DNA of 24,000 nucleotides from Synechococcus sp. BIOS-E4-1 (GCF_014279995.1 NZ_CP047935.1:321243-345242), one strand, 5' to 3'; numbered from the stretch's first letter, positions 1 through 9,083 are shown. The notes: generated by a model not told the origin, from the sequence alone. Numbers and translations: made by a program.

Positions 1-46
1 ATTTTCGGTAACTGGATTAATTTGATAATTTTTAGTCATTGTTTTT

Positions 47-1195
47 ATGTTGAATATAGTTTTTGTTATTACCAACCTCAGCACTGGTGGTGCTGAAACT
101 ATGCTTTACAAGCTGCTTAAGCATATTGATCGGACTCGTTTCAATCCTACGGTGATTTCGCTTGTTGGGTTCGGCGAAATTGGTCCGCTCATTCGAGCAC
201 TTGATCTTCCTGTCTTTGTGCTAGGGGCAAATCCAAAAATCCCTAACCCCATTATTATATTTAGACTGTACTATTTAATACGAAGTCTTAATCCTGATAT
301 AGTTCATACGTGGATGTATCATGCTGATTTTTTGGGAGGTTTGACGGCAAGATTGGCCGGTTGTCAACGTATTGTATGGGGTATACGTCACAGCAATCTG
401 TCCCTGTCCAAAAATAAGTTCTCGACACTATTAGTTGTAAAACTCTGTTCATTTCTTTCTCACCAGATTCCTTGTCGTATTCTCTCTTGCTCCGAATTTG
501 CCAAGGACATACATATTTCTACTGGGTATGTTGCGAACAAGTTTCACGTTATACCAAATGGATTTGAATTAGATCAGTTTTTCCCGGATCCTTCTTCCTC
601 CTTAGGTCTGCGTGCCGAATTAGGTTTATCTCCTCAGACTATATTGGTTGGCTTGATTGCGCGTTTTGATCCTCAAAAAAATCATTTGGGTTTTATAAAG
701 GCCGCAGCTTTGGTTAACTCTAAACTTCCAGATATTCATTTTGTTTTGGCAGGCCATCGTGTAGATCCCTTTAATAACGAGCTTATGACCGCTATTGCTG
801 CTTATGACCTGCAGGATCATATGCATTTGTTAGGCAGACGCAAGGATGTCCCATTTCTGATGGCTTCCCTTGATGTGCTCGCGTCTAGTTCCCACGGTGA
901 GGCTTTTTCGAATGTTTTGGGTGAGGCCATGTCCTGTGGAGTTCCCTGTGTCGTTACAGATGTAGGTGATAGCGCTGAGATTGTTGGCAATACAGGGCGT
1001 GTGGTGCCCGCAGGGGATATGGTAAGTCTTGGCCTTGCGTTGGTAGAGCTCTTGTCCCTGCCCTCAGCGGAAAAATCTGCTTTGGGTCTACAAGCGCGTA
1101 GTCGTGTTAAGGCCCATTATGAGATATGCCATGTAGCAGGCCTTTACGAATCTTTTTATGAGCAGGTATTTGTAAATCCATGTGCGGTCTCGTAG
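47..1195 (+). CDS. Glycosyltransferase, GT4 (GT-B fold, Glycos_transf_1-type)
   Basis: 382-aa ORF starting at ATG 47. The C-terminal half carries the GT4 E-x7-E-type region (SSSHGEAFSNVLGEAMSCGVPCVVTDVGDSAEIV). The N-terminus MLNIVFVITNLSTGGAE resembles the GT4 N-domain glycine loop. About 40% GC. The next gene overlaps its 3' end by 16 nt. Confidence 0.85.
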   Translation: MLNIVFVITNLSTGGAETMLYKLLKHIDRTRFNPTVISLVGFGEIGPLIRALDLPVFVLGANPKIPNPIIIFRLYYLIRSLNPDIVHTWMYHADFLGGLTARLAGCQRIVWGIRHSNLSLSKNKFSTLLVVKLCSFLSHQIPCRILSCSEFAKDIHISTGYVANKFHVIPNGFELDQFFPDPSSSLGLRAELGLSPQTILVGLIARFDPQKNHLGFIKAAALVNSKLPDIHFVLAGHRVDPFNNELMTAIAAYDLQDHMHLLGRRKDVPFLMASLDVLASSSHGEAFSNVLGEAMSCGVPCVVTDVGDSAEIVGNTGRVVPAGDMVSLGLALVELLSLPSAEKSALGLQARSRVKAHYEICHVAGLYESFYEQVFVNPCAVS

Positions 1196-3135
1196 GTTTC
1201 CTTACCCAAGGTATTTGGTCATCTGAAGAGGAAACCGTTCCTTTGCTTCACAGAATGACCAATCGAATTGTCAACCGTGGCCCCGACAGTGCTGGTTATT
1301 GGCATGATTCGGATGCTGGTATTGCTCTTGGGCATCGTCGTCTTTCTGTAGTTGATTTATCGCCTGCGGGAGCTCAGCCTATGCACTCCGCATGCGGGCG
1401 TTATGTCATGGCCTTCAACGGTGAGATCTATAACCATCTTGAGCTACGCGAATTACTGGGCAACTCACTGTGGCGGGGACATTCTGATACTGAGACTGTT
1501 TTAGAGGCTTTCAGTTCTTGGGGCATTATAAGTACTTTACAACGTTGTAATGGTATGTATGCCATTGCATTATGGGATAAAAAAGAACGAACACTTACCT
1601 TGGCTCGGGATCGTATTGGTGAGAAACCACTTTATTATGGATGGCAGGGTCAAGGTGCGAACAGCTGTTTTTTATTCGGCTCTGAGTTAAATGCTCTCAA
1701 GGCTCATCCATCATTCTCTACTGTTATTAACCGTGATGCATTGTCTTTGTACATGCGTCATAACTATATCGCATCTCCCCACTCCATTTACCAAGGTATT
1801 CATAAGCTAACGCCGGGTTGTTTCCTTACTATTTCTCTTTCTTTGCAAGAGCCCGACGAGATATCTTATTGGTCTCTTCCTTTGGTTGCGCAGCATGGAG
1901 TTACACAACCGTTTACAGGTTCTGATGATTCAGCCATAGATACTCTGGAATCTTTACTTAAAGATTCCGTGCGGCAGCAAATGGTCGCCGATGTTGATCT
2001 CGGTGCATTCCTGTCTGGCGGTATTGATTCCTCTACGGTTGTTGCGTTGATGCAAGCACAGTCTAATCGACCAGTAAAAACCTTCACAATTGGATTCAGT
2101 GAAGATGCCTACAACGAGGCTATCTACGCCAAAGCCGTGGCTAAGCATCTCGGCACGGAGCATACTGAACTTTATGTCACGCCCCAGCAGGCACTTGACG
2201 TTATCCCTAAATTGCCAAATCTTTACAATGAGCCATTTGCTGACTCTTCTCAAATTCCAACTTTCTTAGTTAGCCAATTGGCTAGCCAATATGTGACCGT
2301 TTCTCTTTCCGGTGATGCTGGAGATGAACTATTTTGCGGTTATGGCCGTTACATGTTCACTCGCAGTCTTTGGGATCGTATCCGTATTTTGCCATTGCCT
2401 TTCCGCAAGATCCTTGAGGCTGGAATTACTGGCTTGTCACCTGCTCATTTGAATATTCTTTTGGCTCCACTGAAGTTATTCAAATCATATTCTCTCCGTA
2501 AAGGAAATTTAGGCGATAGATTGCACAAAGCAGCTGGCCTTTTAGCCTCGCCCAGTTTAAACTCATTATATCTTGACTTAGTTACTCATTGGGTTCCCAA
2601 TGATTTAGTCCTAGGGGCTAATGAACCCTTAACTTATCTGAGTGGTAACAACCTGGCATTATCGGGTCTTGATTCCATGCAGCGCATGATGGCGCTTGAT
2701 ACTCTTTCATATTTACCTGACGATATTTTAGTTAAAGTCGATCGTGCAGCTATGGGTGTTTCGCTTGAAACCCGTTTGCCCTTTTTAGACCAACGTGTTG
2801 TGGAGTTTGCCTGGCAACTTCCGCAAGATCTCAAGATGCGCGGTGGTGCTGGAAAGTGGGCGCTTCGTCAGGTTCTCAATCGTTATGTACCAAGTGAACT
2901 AATTGACCGCCCAAAAATGGGTTTTGGAGTACCTCTTGATGACTGGCTACGAGGTCCATTACGTGATTGGGCTGAAGATCTTTTGTGTGAATCGCGCATG
3001 CGCCAAGAGGGTTACTTAAACCCTGAACCTATCCAAAGGAAATGGGCTGAGCATGTGAGTGGTACCCGTAATTGGCATTACCACTTATGGGATGTGTTGA
3101 TGTTTCAGTCCTGGCTTAGATGCCATAGTTCCTAG
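1180..3135 (+). CDS. Asparagine synthase (glutamine-hydrolysing) family amidotransferase, WbpS/WbtH-like, in a polysaccharide context
   Basis: 651-aa ORF beginning MCG; Cys2 is the class-II glutamine amidotransferase nucleophile. GATase-II N-domain motifs are present (HRRLSVVDLSPAGAQPM, FNGEIYNH). The synthetase domain has the PP-loop LSGGIDSSTVVALM. ATG 1180 overlaps the upstream stop (1193-1195), suggesting translational coupling. Confidence 0.9.
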   Translation: MCGLVGFLTQGIWSSEEETVPLLHRMTNRIVNRGPDSAGYWHDSDAGIALGHRRLSVVDLSPAGAQPMHSACGRYVMAFNGEIYNHLELRELLGNSLWRGHSDTETVLEAFSSWGIISTLQRCNGMYAIALWDKKERTLTLARDRIGEKPLYYGWQGQGANSCFLFGSELNALKAHPSFSTVINRDALSLYMRHNYIASPHSIYQGIHKLTPGCFLTISLSLQEPDEISYWSLPLVAQHGVTQPFTGSDDSAIDTLESLLKDSVRQQMVADVDLGAFLSGGIDSSTVVALMQAQSNRPVKTFTIGFSEDAYNEAIYAKAVAKHLGTEHTELYVTPQQALDVIPKLPNLYNEPFADSSQIPTFLVSQLASQYVTVSLSGDAGDELFCGYGRYMFTRSLWDRIRILPLPFRKILEAGITGLSPAHLNILLAPLKLFKSYSLRKGNLGDRLHKAAGLLASPSLNSLYLDLVTHWVPNDLVLGANEPLTYLSGNNLALSGLDSMQRMMALDTLSYLPDDILVKVDRAAMGVSLETRLPFLDQRVVEFAWQLPQDLKMRGGAGKWALRQVLNRYVPSELIDRPKMGFGVPLDDWLRGPLRDWAEDLLCESRMRQEGYLNPEPIQRKWAEHVSGTRNWHYHLWDVLMFQSWLRCHSS

Positions 3136-3152
3136 ATGAACAATTTGGAGCT

Positions 3153-4274
3153 ATGAGGGTTCTTGTTATTGCAGGATTTGCGGAGTCTCTGCTTAATTTC
3201 AGAGGGCCTTTGTTATCCGCCATGATTGCTCGTGGGCTTGAAGTGCATGTGGCAGCTCCCAATCTGTTTGAAGACTTTTGTATTCGTAAGAAGCTTGAAT
3301 TACTTTCTTTAAACTTGCATGATATTTGCTTGTACAGAGCCAGTACAAATCCTCTCACCGATTTGAAATTGCTTTGCTCTTTAACTCTGCTTATCCGAAA
3401 AATTCAGCCCGATTTTGTTCTAAGTTATACCATCAAGCCTGTTATTTATGGGACTATTGCTTCTTGGCTTGTTGGTGTTCCCCGCCGTTGTACTCTAATA
3501 ACTGGTTTAGGTTACGCATTCACTGGGAATGCTGGAGGTGTTCGTGGTTTAGTCAAAATAGTTGTACAGAGCTTATATAAGCTGGCTTTATTCCGTTCAC
3601 ATAAGGTCTTTTTTCAAAATAATGACGATTATGATTTGTTTCGTACACTGGGATTGATCACTAATCGAACTTCAACTGTAGTTGTTAATGGCTCTGGTGT
3701 TGATTTGGAATTCTTTTCAGTAGCGCCACTACCCTTGGGACCTCCACATTTTTTGATGATTGCACGACTTTTGGGGGACAAGGGTGTACGTGAATATGCG
3801 CAAGCTGCTCAGCAGCTCAAAGCGAAGTGGCCAGACATTGAATTTTCTCTTGTAGGGTGGTTGGATCAAAATCCAGATTCTATATCTCAATCTGAGTTGG
3901 ATTCTTGGATACAATCTTCTAGCCTCAATTATTTAGGTCGTCTACAGGATATTCGTCCTGCTATGCGTCAATGCAGTGTTTATGTTTTGCCTAGCTACCG
4001 AGAAGGTATGCCACGTACTGTGCTCGAGGCCATGGCTATGGGTCGTGCTGTCATTACTACCCATGCTCCCGGTTGTCGCGAAACAGTTGTTGAGGGTGAA
4101 AATGGTTTTTTGGTGCCAATTAAGTCAATAGACGTGTTGGTTTCTGCCATGGAACGATTCATTTATGAACCGCAATTAGCTCATAGGATGGGGCGGCGCG
4201 GCAGAGAACTTGCCGAAGAACGTTTTGATGTCAATAAGATTAATGATGTTATGCTTACCAATATGGGACTTTGA
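3153..4274 (+). CDS. Glycosyltransferase, GT4 (GT-B fold)
   Basis: 373-aa ORF with the C-terminal motif LPSYREGMPRTVLEAMAMGRAVITTHAPGCRETVVEGENGFLV, typical of Glycos_transf_1. It starts 17 nt after the asnB-like stop, with GGAG just upstream of the ATG. Confidence 0.85.
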   Translation: MRVLVIAGFAESLLNFRGPLLSAMIARGLEVHVAAPNLFEDFCIRKKLELLSLNLHDICLYRASTNPLTDLKLLCSLTLLIRKIQPDFVLSYTIKPVIYGTIASWLVGVPRRCTLITGLGYAFTGNAGGVRGLVKIVVQSLYKLALFRSHKVFFQNNDDYDLFRTLGLITNRTSTVVVNGSGVDLEFFSVAPLPLGPPHFLMIARLLGDKGVREYAQAAQQLKAKWPDIEFSLVGWLDQNPDSISQSELDSWIQSSSLNYLGRLQDIRPAMRQCSVYVLPSYREGMPRTVLEAMAMGRAVITTHAPGCRETVVEGENGFLVPIKSIDVLVSAMERFIYEPQLAHRMGRRGRELAEERFDVNKINDVMLTNMGL

Positions 4275-4639
4275 TTAATCAATCTGGCTGCGATTTGTCA
4301 CGTTGACTTCTTGGTTTAAAAATTACCAGTTATTGACTTGTTGATTTTTCTCTTCATTCTCTCAATAATGTTTTTTAGGTCTATCCAGTCATGCTGTTGT
4401 TTGCAACGGTTACATTGATTCCGCATATTGGTTTTGTTGAGTTTCGTTCAAGTGTTGTGAATGTTTGGTTTCACAGCCTCGTGTGTCCAAATTGATGTAC
4501 AATGTCACTGCTAATCTTTACAAGCATATTAAACTTTTGAGATGGCCTCTTATTCTTGTAAGTCAATTCGACGCCCACGTTGTCTTTTGTATTCTGTTTT
4601 CATGAAAGCTGCATCCGGTGTAGATAGTCAAAGTCCTCA

Positions 4640-5827
4640 ATGATTTCGATTAGTCATTCAAAATGGCCTGGCAGGCCTACCTCGCTTCTGCCTTTAACCA
4701 TTCTTTTTGCCATATTTTTCTCTTTTATTTTCTGCTCGATTAGCAATTTCCTAGTTCCTCCCCCCGATGCAGTTAGCTATAGCCTGGTTGGGGCTACTAA
4801 AAACTTTGCTGAATTCTCTGCTGGTTCTTATCACTTCGGCTACTATCTTTTCAATATACTAATTGTCTCTCTATCTGATTTCGTTGGCTTAAGCGCATCT
4901 TCATTGATTGTAATCACAAATGTAGCTTGTTCCTATGTCTCAGTGTATTTTCTCGTTCGATTTCTAGATCTTCTTCTTTTTAGGCTTAATGCTAATATCA
5001 TTCTTTCTGATTTCTTTGTTCCAAATAGAACTAGATCTTTTTTGTTTTTGCTTTCGCCTTTAAGCCCTTTCATCGCTTGGATACCATACAATCTAAAGGA
5101 TTGTCAGGTTGTGGCGCTTTCTAGTATTATGATTTACTCTATATGTTTTGTTTTTGAATCTATTTTTTCCGGAAATGTTTTTTCTTGGAAAGTCTTTTGG
5201 ACGGCCTTTCTTTTTGTTTTTGCATTTTCGTATAATTTTACATTGCGTTCGTACTTTGCCTTTTCGGTGACTGTTTTTAGCCTCTTGTTTTTCTACCTAT
5301 TAACTAATAAGTTTTCAGCGTCACCTGTTATCAGATTTGTATTTCAAAAGTCCCAATTATTTGCATTTACTGGTGTTATGCTTGCCTCCATGGTGATTCT
5401 TATTTTAACCTCTGACCTATTTTACTCTAGGTTTATTGCATTTTCGAACTTCTCTTTTGTCAATATTGCGACTATATTTTTAAATTTAGTTAAATTTCTT
5501 TGGGGTCCTCTTTTATGGAGTGTTTCACCATCTTACCCGCTGTTGTATGTGTCAACTGTACTAAATATTGTTTTGTGGGTTGGATTTGGTTATCTTTTGA
5601 TTCTCAAATCTTCTGATCCTTTTCGAATAAGGTTGTGTGCATTAGCCCTGTTATTTATGATAGTCATTGCATTGCCCTACTGTATTTATGACACTCAGGT
5701 TGGTCCTAGGTACAGGTTCTTTGCTGAAATGATTCTATATGTTTGCTGTGTATATGGATTCTATGGACGCACCAGCAAAGCTATTGAGAATGATAATACC
5801 AATTCATTTCTAATTTTTAAGCATTGA
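4640..5827 (+). CDS. Polytopic inner-membrane protein (~10-12 TM); candidate Wzy-type polymerase or GT-C-type glycosyltransferase, function unassigned
   Basis: 395-aa ORF, extremely Phe/Leu/Ile/Ser-rich, with ~12 hydrophobic segments read by eye. About 35% GC. I see no Wzy_C/O-antigen-ligase-type motif. After TM1 there is a PPPDAVSY loop faintly reminiscent of the first-loop Asp of GT-C enzymes. Its position inside a glycan locus is the main argument for function. Confidence 0.6.
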   Translation: MISISHSKWPGRPTSLLPLTILFAIFFSFIFCSISNFLVPPPDAVSYSLVGATKNFAEFSAGSYHFGYYLFNILIVSLSDFVGLSASSLIVITNVACSYVSVYFLVRFLDLLLFRLNANIILSDFFVPNRTRSFLFLLSPLSPFIAWIPYNLKDCQVVALSSIMIYSICFVFESIFSGNVFSWKVFWTAFLFVFAFSYNFTLRSYFAFSVTVFSLLFFYLLTNKFSASPVIRFVFQKSQLFAFTGVMLASMVILILTSDLFYSRFIAFSNFSFVNIATIFLNLVKFLWGPLLWSVSPSYPLLYVSTVLNIVLWVGFGYLLILKSSDPFRIRLCALALLFMIVIALPYCIYDTQVGPRYRFFAEMILYVCCVYGFYGRTSKAIENDNTNSFLIFKH

Positions 5828-6360
5828 CGTTTTTCTGTCCATTAATTACTTTGCATGGTTTGCTGTCTTGGTTTTATCTTTTTCTAGTCGTTAGTTTAAT
5901 TTAGTATGCTTCTTAATTTCTACATTCACAGTTGCCAAAATAAGCGTGTTTATGTCTCGGGTTCTTTTTTTGTTTCTAGCGCATTTTGTGATTTTAGTTT
6001 TTGCGTATATTCTTTGTGGGTGTTGTTTTACTTAAGTTCTCATCTCACCTCTTTCGTGGTAGTTTAAAGCCTGTCTTGTATCTTTTTTCTTTTCTGGCCT
6101 TTTGCATGATATTCAACTATGGCAAGACCATTCTTTGGGAGCCCATTGCACTATTTTGCTGTTGTTGAAGTGAGTAAAGGGCCGATCAGCTTTGTCTGTC
6201 TTTCGCCTATTGCAATGCTTGCTTGTGATCTGGCAGGTGTATGTTATCAATCACTCCTGCCATTATAGCATCTCTAGCGTATATATTGTTGCTTCTTTGT
6301 GTTGTTAATTGCTGTTGTTTGATGAATCCCTCCCGCAGCTTGAGACCTTCTAATCGACCG

Positions 6361-6960
6361 ATGAAATCCTTTTTTGATCGATTGTTTGCTCTGCTTAGTC
6401 TTTTTATTCTTTCGCCTCTGTTTATTGTTACGGCCTTATTGGTGCGTTGGCGACTCGGAACTCCTGTTCTGTTCAGGCAACAGCGCCCTGGCTACCGCGG
6501 AAAGCCTTTCTGGCTTTTGAAGTTCCGAACCATGAGGAATGCCTGTGATGCTGGCGGCGCTTTACTTCCTGATGCTCAGCGGCTTACACCTTTCGGTCGC
6601 TGGCTTCGCGCTACTTCGATTGATGAGCTTCCAGAGCTGATCAATATCTTGCGCGGCGAAATGAGCTTCATTGGCCCCAGGCCCTTGCTGATGCAATATC
6701 TCCCGTTATATTCTCCCCAGCAGGCTCGCCGACACGACGTGAAACCCGGCTTCAGTGGTTGGGCCCAGATCAATGGACGTAATTCTATCTCCTGGGATGA
6801 GAAGTTCCGCCTAGATGTCTGGTACGTCGATCACCAAAGTTTTAGGTTGGATCTACTCATCTTTTTGCTAACGATCTGGAAGGTGATCCGTCGCGAAGGC
6901 ATCAGTGCACGTGGCGAAGCAACAGTTCAGTATTTCAAAGGTTCTCCTTCAAATGACTAA
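6361..6960 (+). CDS. Small monotopic phosphoglycosyltransferase (Bac_transf family, PglC/WbtB-like; undecaprenyl-phosphate sugar-1-phosphate transferase)
   Basis: The ORF track gives 6241-6960. The family-typical N-terminus MKSFFDRLFALLSLFILSPLFIVTALLV (re-entrant helix) starts at ATG 6361, with an alternative ATG at 6322. Signatures present: PVLFRQQRPGYRGKPFWLLKFRTM and the catalytic Asp-Glu dyad region SIDELPELINILRGEMSFIGPRP. Confidence 0.9.
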   Translation: MKSFFDRLFALLSLFILSPLFIVTALLVRWRLGTPVLFRQQRPGYRGKPFWLLKFRTMRNACDAGGALLPDAQRLTPFGRWLRATSIDELPELINILRGEMSFIGPRPLLMQYLPLYSPQQARRHDVKPGFSGWAQINGRNSISWDEKFRLDVWYVDHQSFRLDLLIFLLTIWKVIRREGISARGEATVQYFKGSPSND

Positions 6961-7741
6961 AATTCTTTTTATGGGTCGTAAGAAAGTTGCCGCGAAGTGC
7001 TTAAGGTGGCTTCATTCTTTGCCTGAGGTGGAGATAGTCGCCACCGTTACTGACAGTCATCTTGAGGGTTCAGTGACTGCTGTTTTGTCTGCCGAGCTTG
7101 GGATCCCTTTATTGGATTACGACTCTGCAATGGAGCGCGCGTTTGAACTGGACATTGATCTTGGTATTTCTGTCCTTTATTGGCGTAAACTAAAAGGGGC
7201 GCTGCTTTTCCCCCAAAGTAAGCATGGTTGTGTAAATTTTCATCCAGCACTTTTACCTCAATACAAGGGTTGTGCGGGATATAACCTCGCCATCATGGAT
7301 GGTTTGTCTCAGTGGGGCTCGACGTGCCATTACGTCGACGAGGAAATCGATACTGGCGGAATTTTGGATGTCCAGAAATTTAACGTCGATTCCGATTTTG
7401 AAACGGCTCTCTCTCTCGAGGCTAAAACTCTCAATGTTATGGAGCAGCAGTTCAGGAGGGTGATTCAGGCAATCCTTGCTTCGCCAAATGGTCGTCTTTC
7501 TGTTTCTCCAAATATTGGTGGTAAGTATGTCTCACGTTTTCAAATGGAAGAGTTAAAGCAAATTTTGCCTGGCGAGGATCCTGATAGAAAGTCCAGAGCT
7601 TTTTGGTTTCCTCCTTATTGTGGTGCGTGGGTTGAAGTGAATGGTCAAAGAGTAAATGTCATCCCGGATTGTGTTCTTCGCGCAATGGGTGATCCCACAG
7701 CTACAAGTTTGTTTGCAGACCCTTGTGTCGGGAAAATTTGA
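6953..7741 (+). CDS. N10-formyl-THF-dependent formyltransferase, sugar N-formyltransferase-like (WbtJ/WlaRD/VioF size class)
   Basis: The ORF track gives 6905-7741. The likely start is ATG 6953 (MTKILFMGRKKV), which overlaps the upstream TAA (6958-6960) by 8 nt. The Formyl_trans_N catalytic signature Asn-x-His is present (VNFHPALLPQYKGCAG), as is the downstream Asp (HYVDEEIDTGGILD). At 262 aa it is shorter than Met-tRNA formyltransferase. Confidence 0.8.
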   Translation: MTKILFMGRKKVAAKCLRWLHSLPEVEIVATVTDSHLEGSVTAVLSAELGIPLLDYDSAMERAFELDIDLGISVLYWRKLKGALLFPQSKHGCVNFHPALLPQYKGCAGYNLAIMDGLSQWGSTCHYVDEEIDTGGILDVQKFNVDSDFETALSLEAKTLNVMEQQFRRVIQAILASPNGRLSVSPNIGGKYVSRFQMEELKQILPGEDPDRKSRAFWFPPYCGAWVEVNGQRVNVIPDCVLRAMGDPTATSLFADPCVGKI

Positions 7742-7849
7742 CGAAAGTAATTGTTAATCGATGTTAGCGTTTACTTGCGTGCAGTGTCGTGGCGGAGCTA
7801 TTTTTGCTGATTGTCTGTTTGATGGACGTTAGTTTAAGTCCTTTTTTGT

Positions 7850-9028
7850 TTGCTTCCTCAAGTGATTCTACCTCTCTGGCCTTCGTTTGATGCTGAACAA
7901 ATTGCAGTCGCCAGCCAGGTTCTCGCCTCAGGAAAAGTAAACACCTGGACCGGCAATGAGACAAGGGCTTTTGAGGACGAGTTTGCTCTATGGTCCGGCA
8001 CTAGTCATGCTATTGCCTTAGCCAATGGCTCTTTGGCCCTTTCCGCTGCCTATTTGGCTGTTGGTCTCGGCCAGGGCGATGAGCTGATTACTACGCCACG
8101 CACTTTTATCGCTACTGCCTCAAGCGCCGTACTTCTTGGTGCAAAGCCGATCTTCGCGGATGTCGATCCGAATTCCGGAGCGATCACAGCCTCCACCATT
8201 GCTCCGCTGATCACCCCTCGTACCAAGGCTATTGCTGTGGTGCATTTAGGCGGCTGGCCTGCTGATATGCCAGCGATCTGCGATCTTGCCCGAGCTCATG
8301 GCATCGCCCTTATTGAGGACTGTGCGCAGGCACATGGGGCTCGCATTAACGATCAGTCAGTGGGCAGCTTCGGCGATGTGGCGGCTTGGAGCTTCTGTCA
8401 GGACAAGATCATGTCCACCGCGGGTGAAGGTGGAATGGTGAACACCTCGCGCCCTGAACTCTGGGATGCGATGTGGTCTGTCAAGGACCATGGCAAAACC
8501 CATGATGCTGTCTTCGGACGAGATCACCAATCAGGCTTTCGCTGGCTGCATGAACGCTTCGGTTCTAATTTCCGCCTCACTGAGCTGCAAAGCGCCATCG
8601 GTCGTGTTCAGCTTCAGCGCCTTCAAGAATGGACCTTTACTCGCACTCGTAATGCTCTCTTGCTCGCGGAAGCACTGGGTGATTTTCCCTCAGTGCGTGT
8701 GCCCCGACCGCCAGAGCATCTCACCCACGCTTGGTATAAATTTTATGCTTTCGTAGAGCTCGAGGCCATGGCCGATGGCTGGAGCCGTGATCGCGTTCTT
8801 TCGGAGATTGCTTCACTCGGGTATCCCGCTCTCTCGGGTAGCTGTAGCGAGGTCTATCTGGAGAAATGCTTTCAGGATGCTGGGCTGGCTCCAGCCGAGC
8901 GTCTGCCTGTGGCTCGGATGCTCGGTGAAACCAGTCTGATGTTCTTGGTGCACCCGACCATTACCCCTCATCAGATGGAAGGCTACGCCGACGCTGTCCG
9001 ATCAGTTGTTCAACGAGCCTGCCGATGA
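7850..9028 (+). CDS. DegT/DnrJ/EryC1/StrS-family PLP-dependent sugar aminotransferase (PglE/WbtI-like)
   Basis: 392-aa ORF. Family motifs present: NGSLALSAAYLAVGLGQGDELITTPRTFIAT, the DCAQAHGA region, and the PLP-lysine region SFCQDKIMSTAGEGGMV. The start is uncertain (TTG 7850 or GTG 7862). GC is host-like. The stop forms ATGA with ATG 9025. Confidence 0.9.
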   Translation: MLPQVILPLWPSFDAEQIAVASQVLASGKVNTWTGNETRAFEDEFALWSGTSHAIALANGSLALSAAYLAVGLGQGDELITTPRTFIATASSAVLLGAKPIFADVDPNSGAITASTIAPLITPRTKAIAVVHLGGWPADMPAICDLARAHGIALIEDCAQAHGARINDQSVGSFGDVAAWSFCQDKIMSTAGEGGMVNTSRPELWDAMWSVKDHGKTHDAVFGRDHQSGFRWLHERFGSNFRLTELQSAIGRVQLQRLQEWTFTRTRNALLLAEALGDFPSVRVPRPPEHLTHAWYKFYAFVELEAMADGWSRDRVLSEIASLGYPALSGSCSEVYLEKCFQDAGLAPAERLPVARMLGETSLMFLVHPTITPHQMEGYADAVRSVVQRACR

Positions 9029-9073
9029 ACGTGCGTTTCGCCTCTGTTTGGGCTGCGCAGCCACTGACTGGCA

Positions 9074-9083
9074 CCCCCCCCCC
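9074..9083 (+). repeat. C10 homopolymeric tract at the frame junction in the 5' end of the dehydratase gene
   Basis: Direct read of the sequence: gca + cccccccccc + tcatt. It is the longest homopolymer I found in the window. The ATG-9025 frame and the main dehydratase frame differ by one nucleotide exactly here. Confidence 0.95.

Noticed and set aside
4300-4510. Two TTGACT(T) motifs (~4304 and ~4334) and a TACAAT (~4497) upstream of the membrane-protein gene, possible promoter elements
   Set aside because: I could not pair any -35-like hexamer with a -10-like hexamer at 16-18 nt spacing. In ~30% GC sequence such hexamers occur by chance.
6241-6952. Long N-terminal extensions suggested by the ORF track for the phosphoglycosyltransferase (from 6241) and the formyltransferase (from 6905)
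   Set aside because: Family-typical N-termini begin at internal ATGs (6361 and 6953). The 6953 start gives a neat 8-nt overlap with the upstream stop. The extensions are most likely just open upstream frame.
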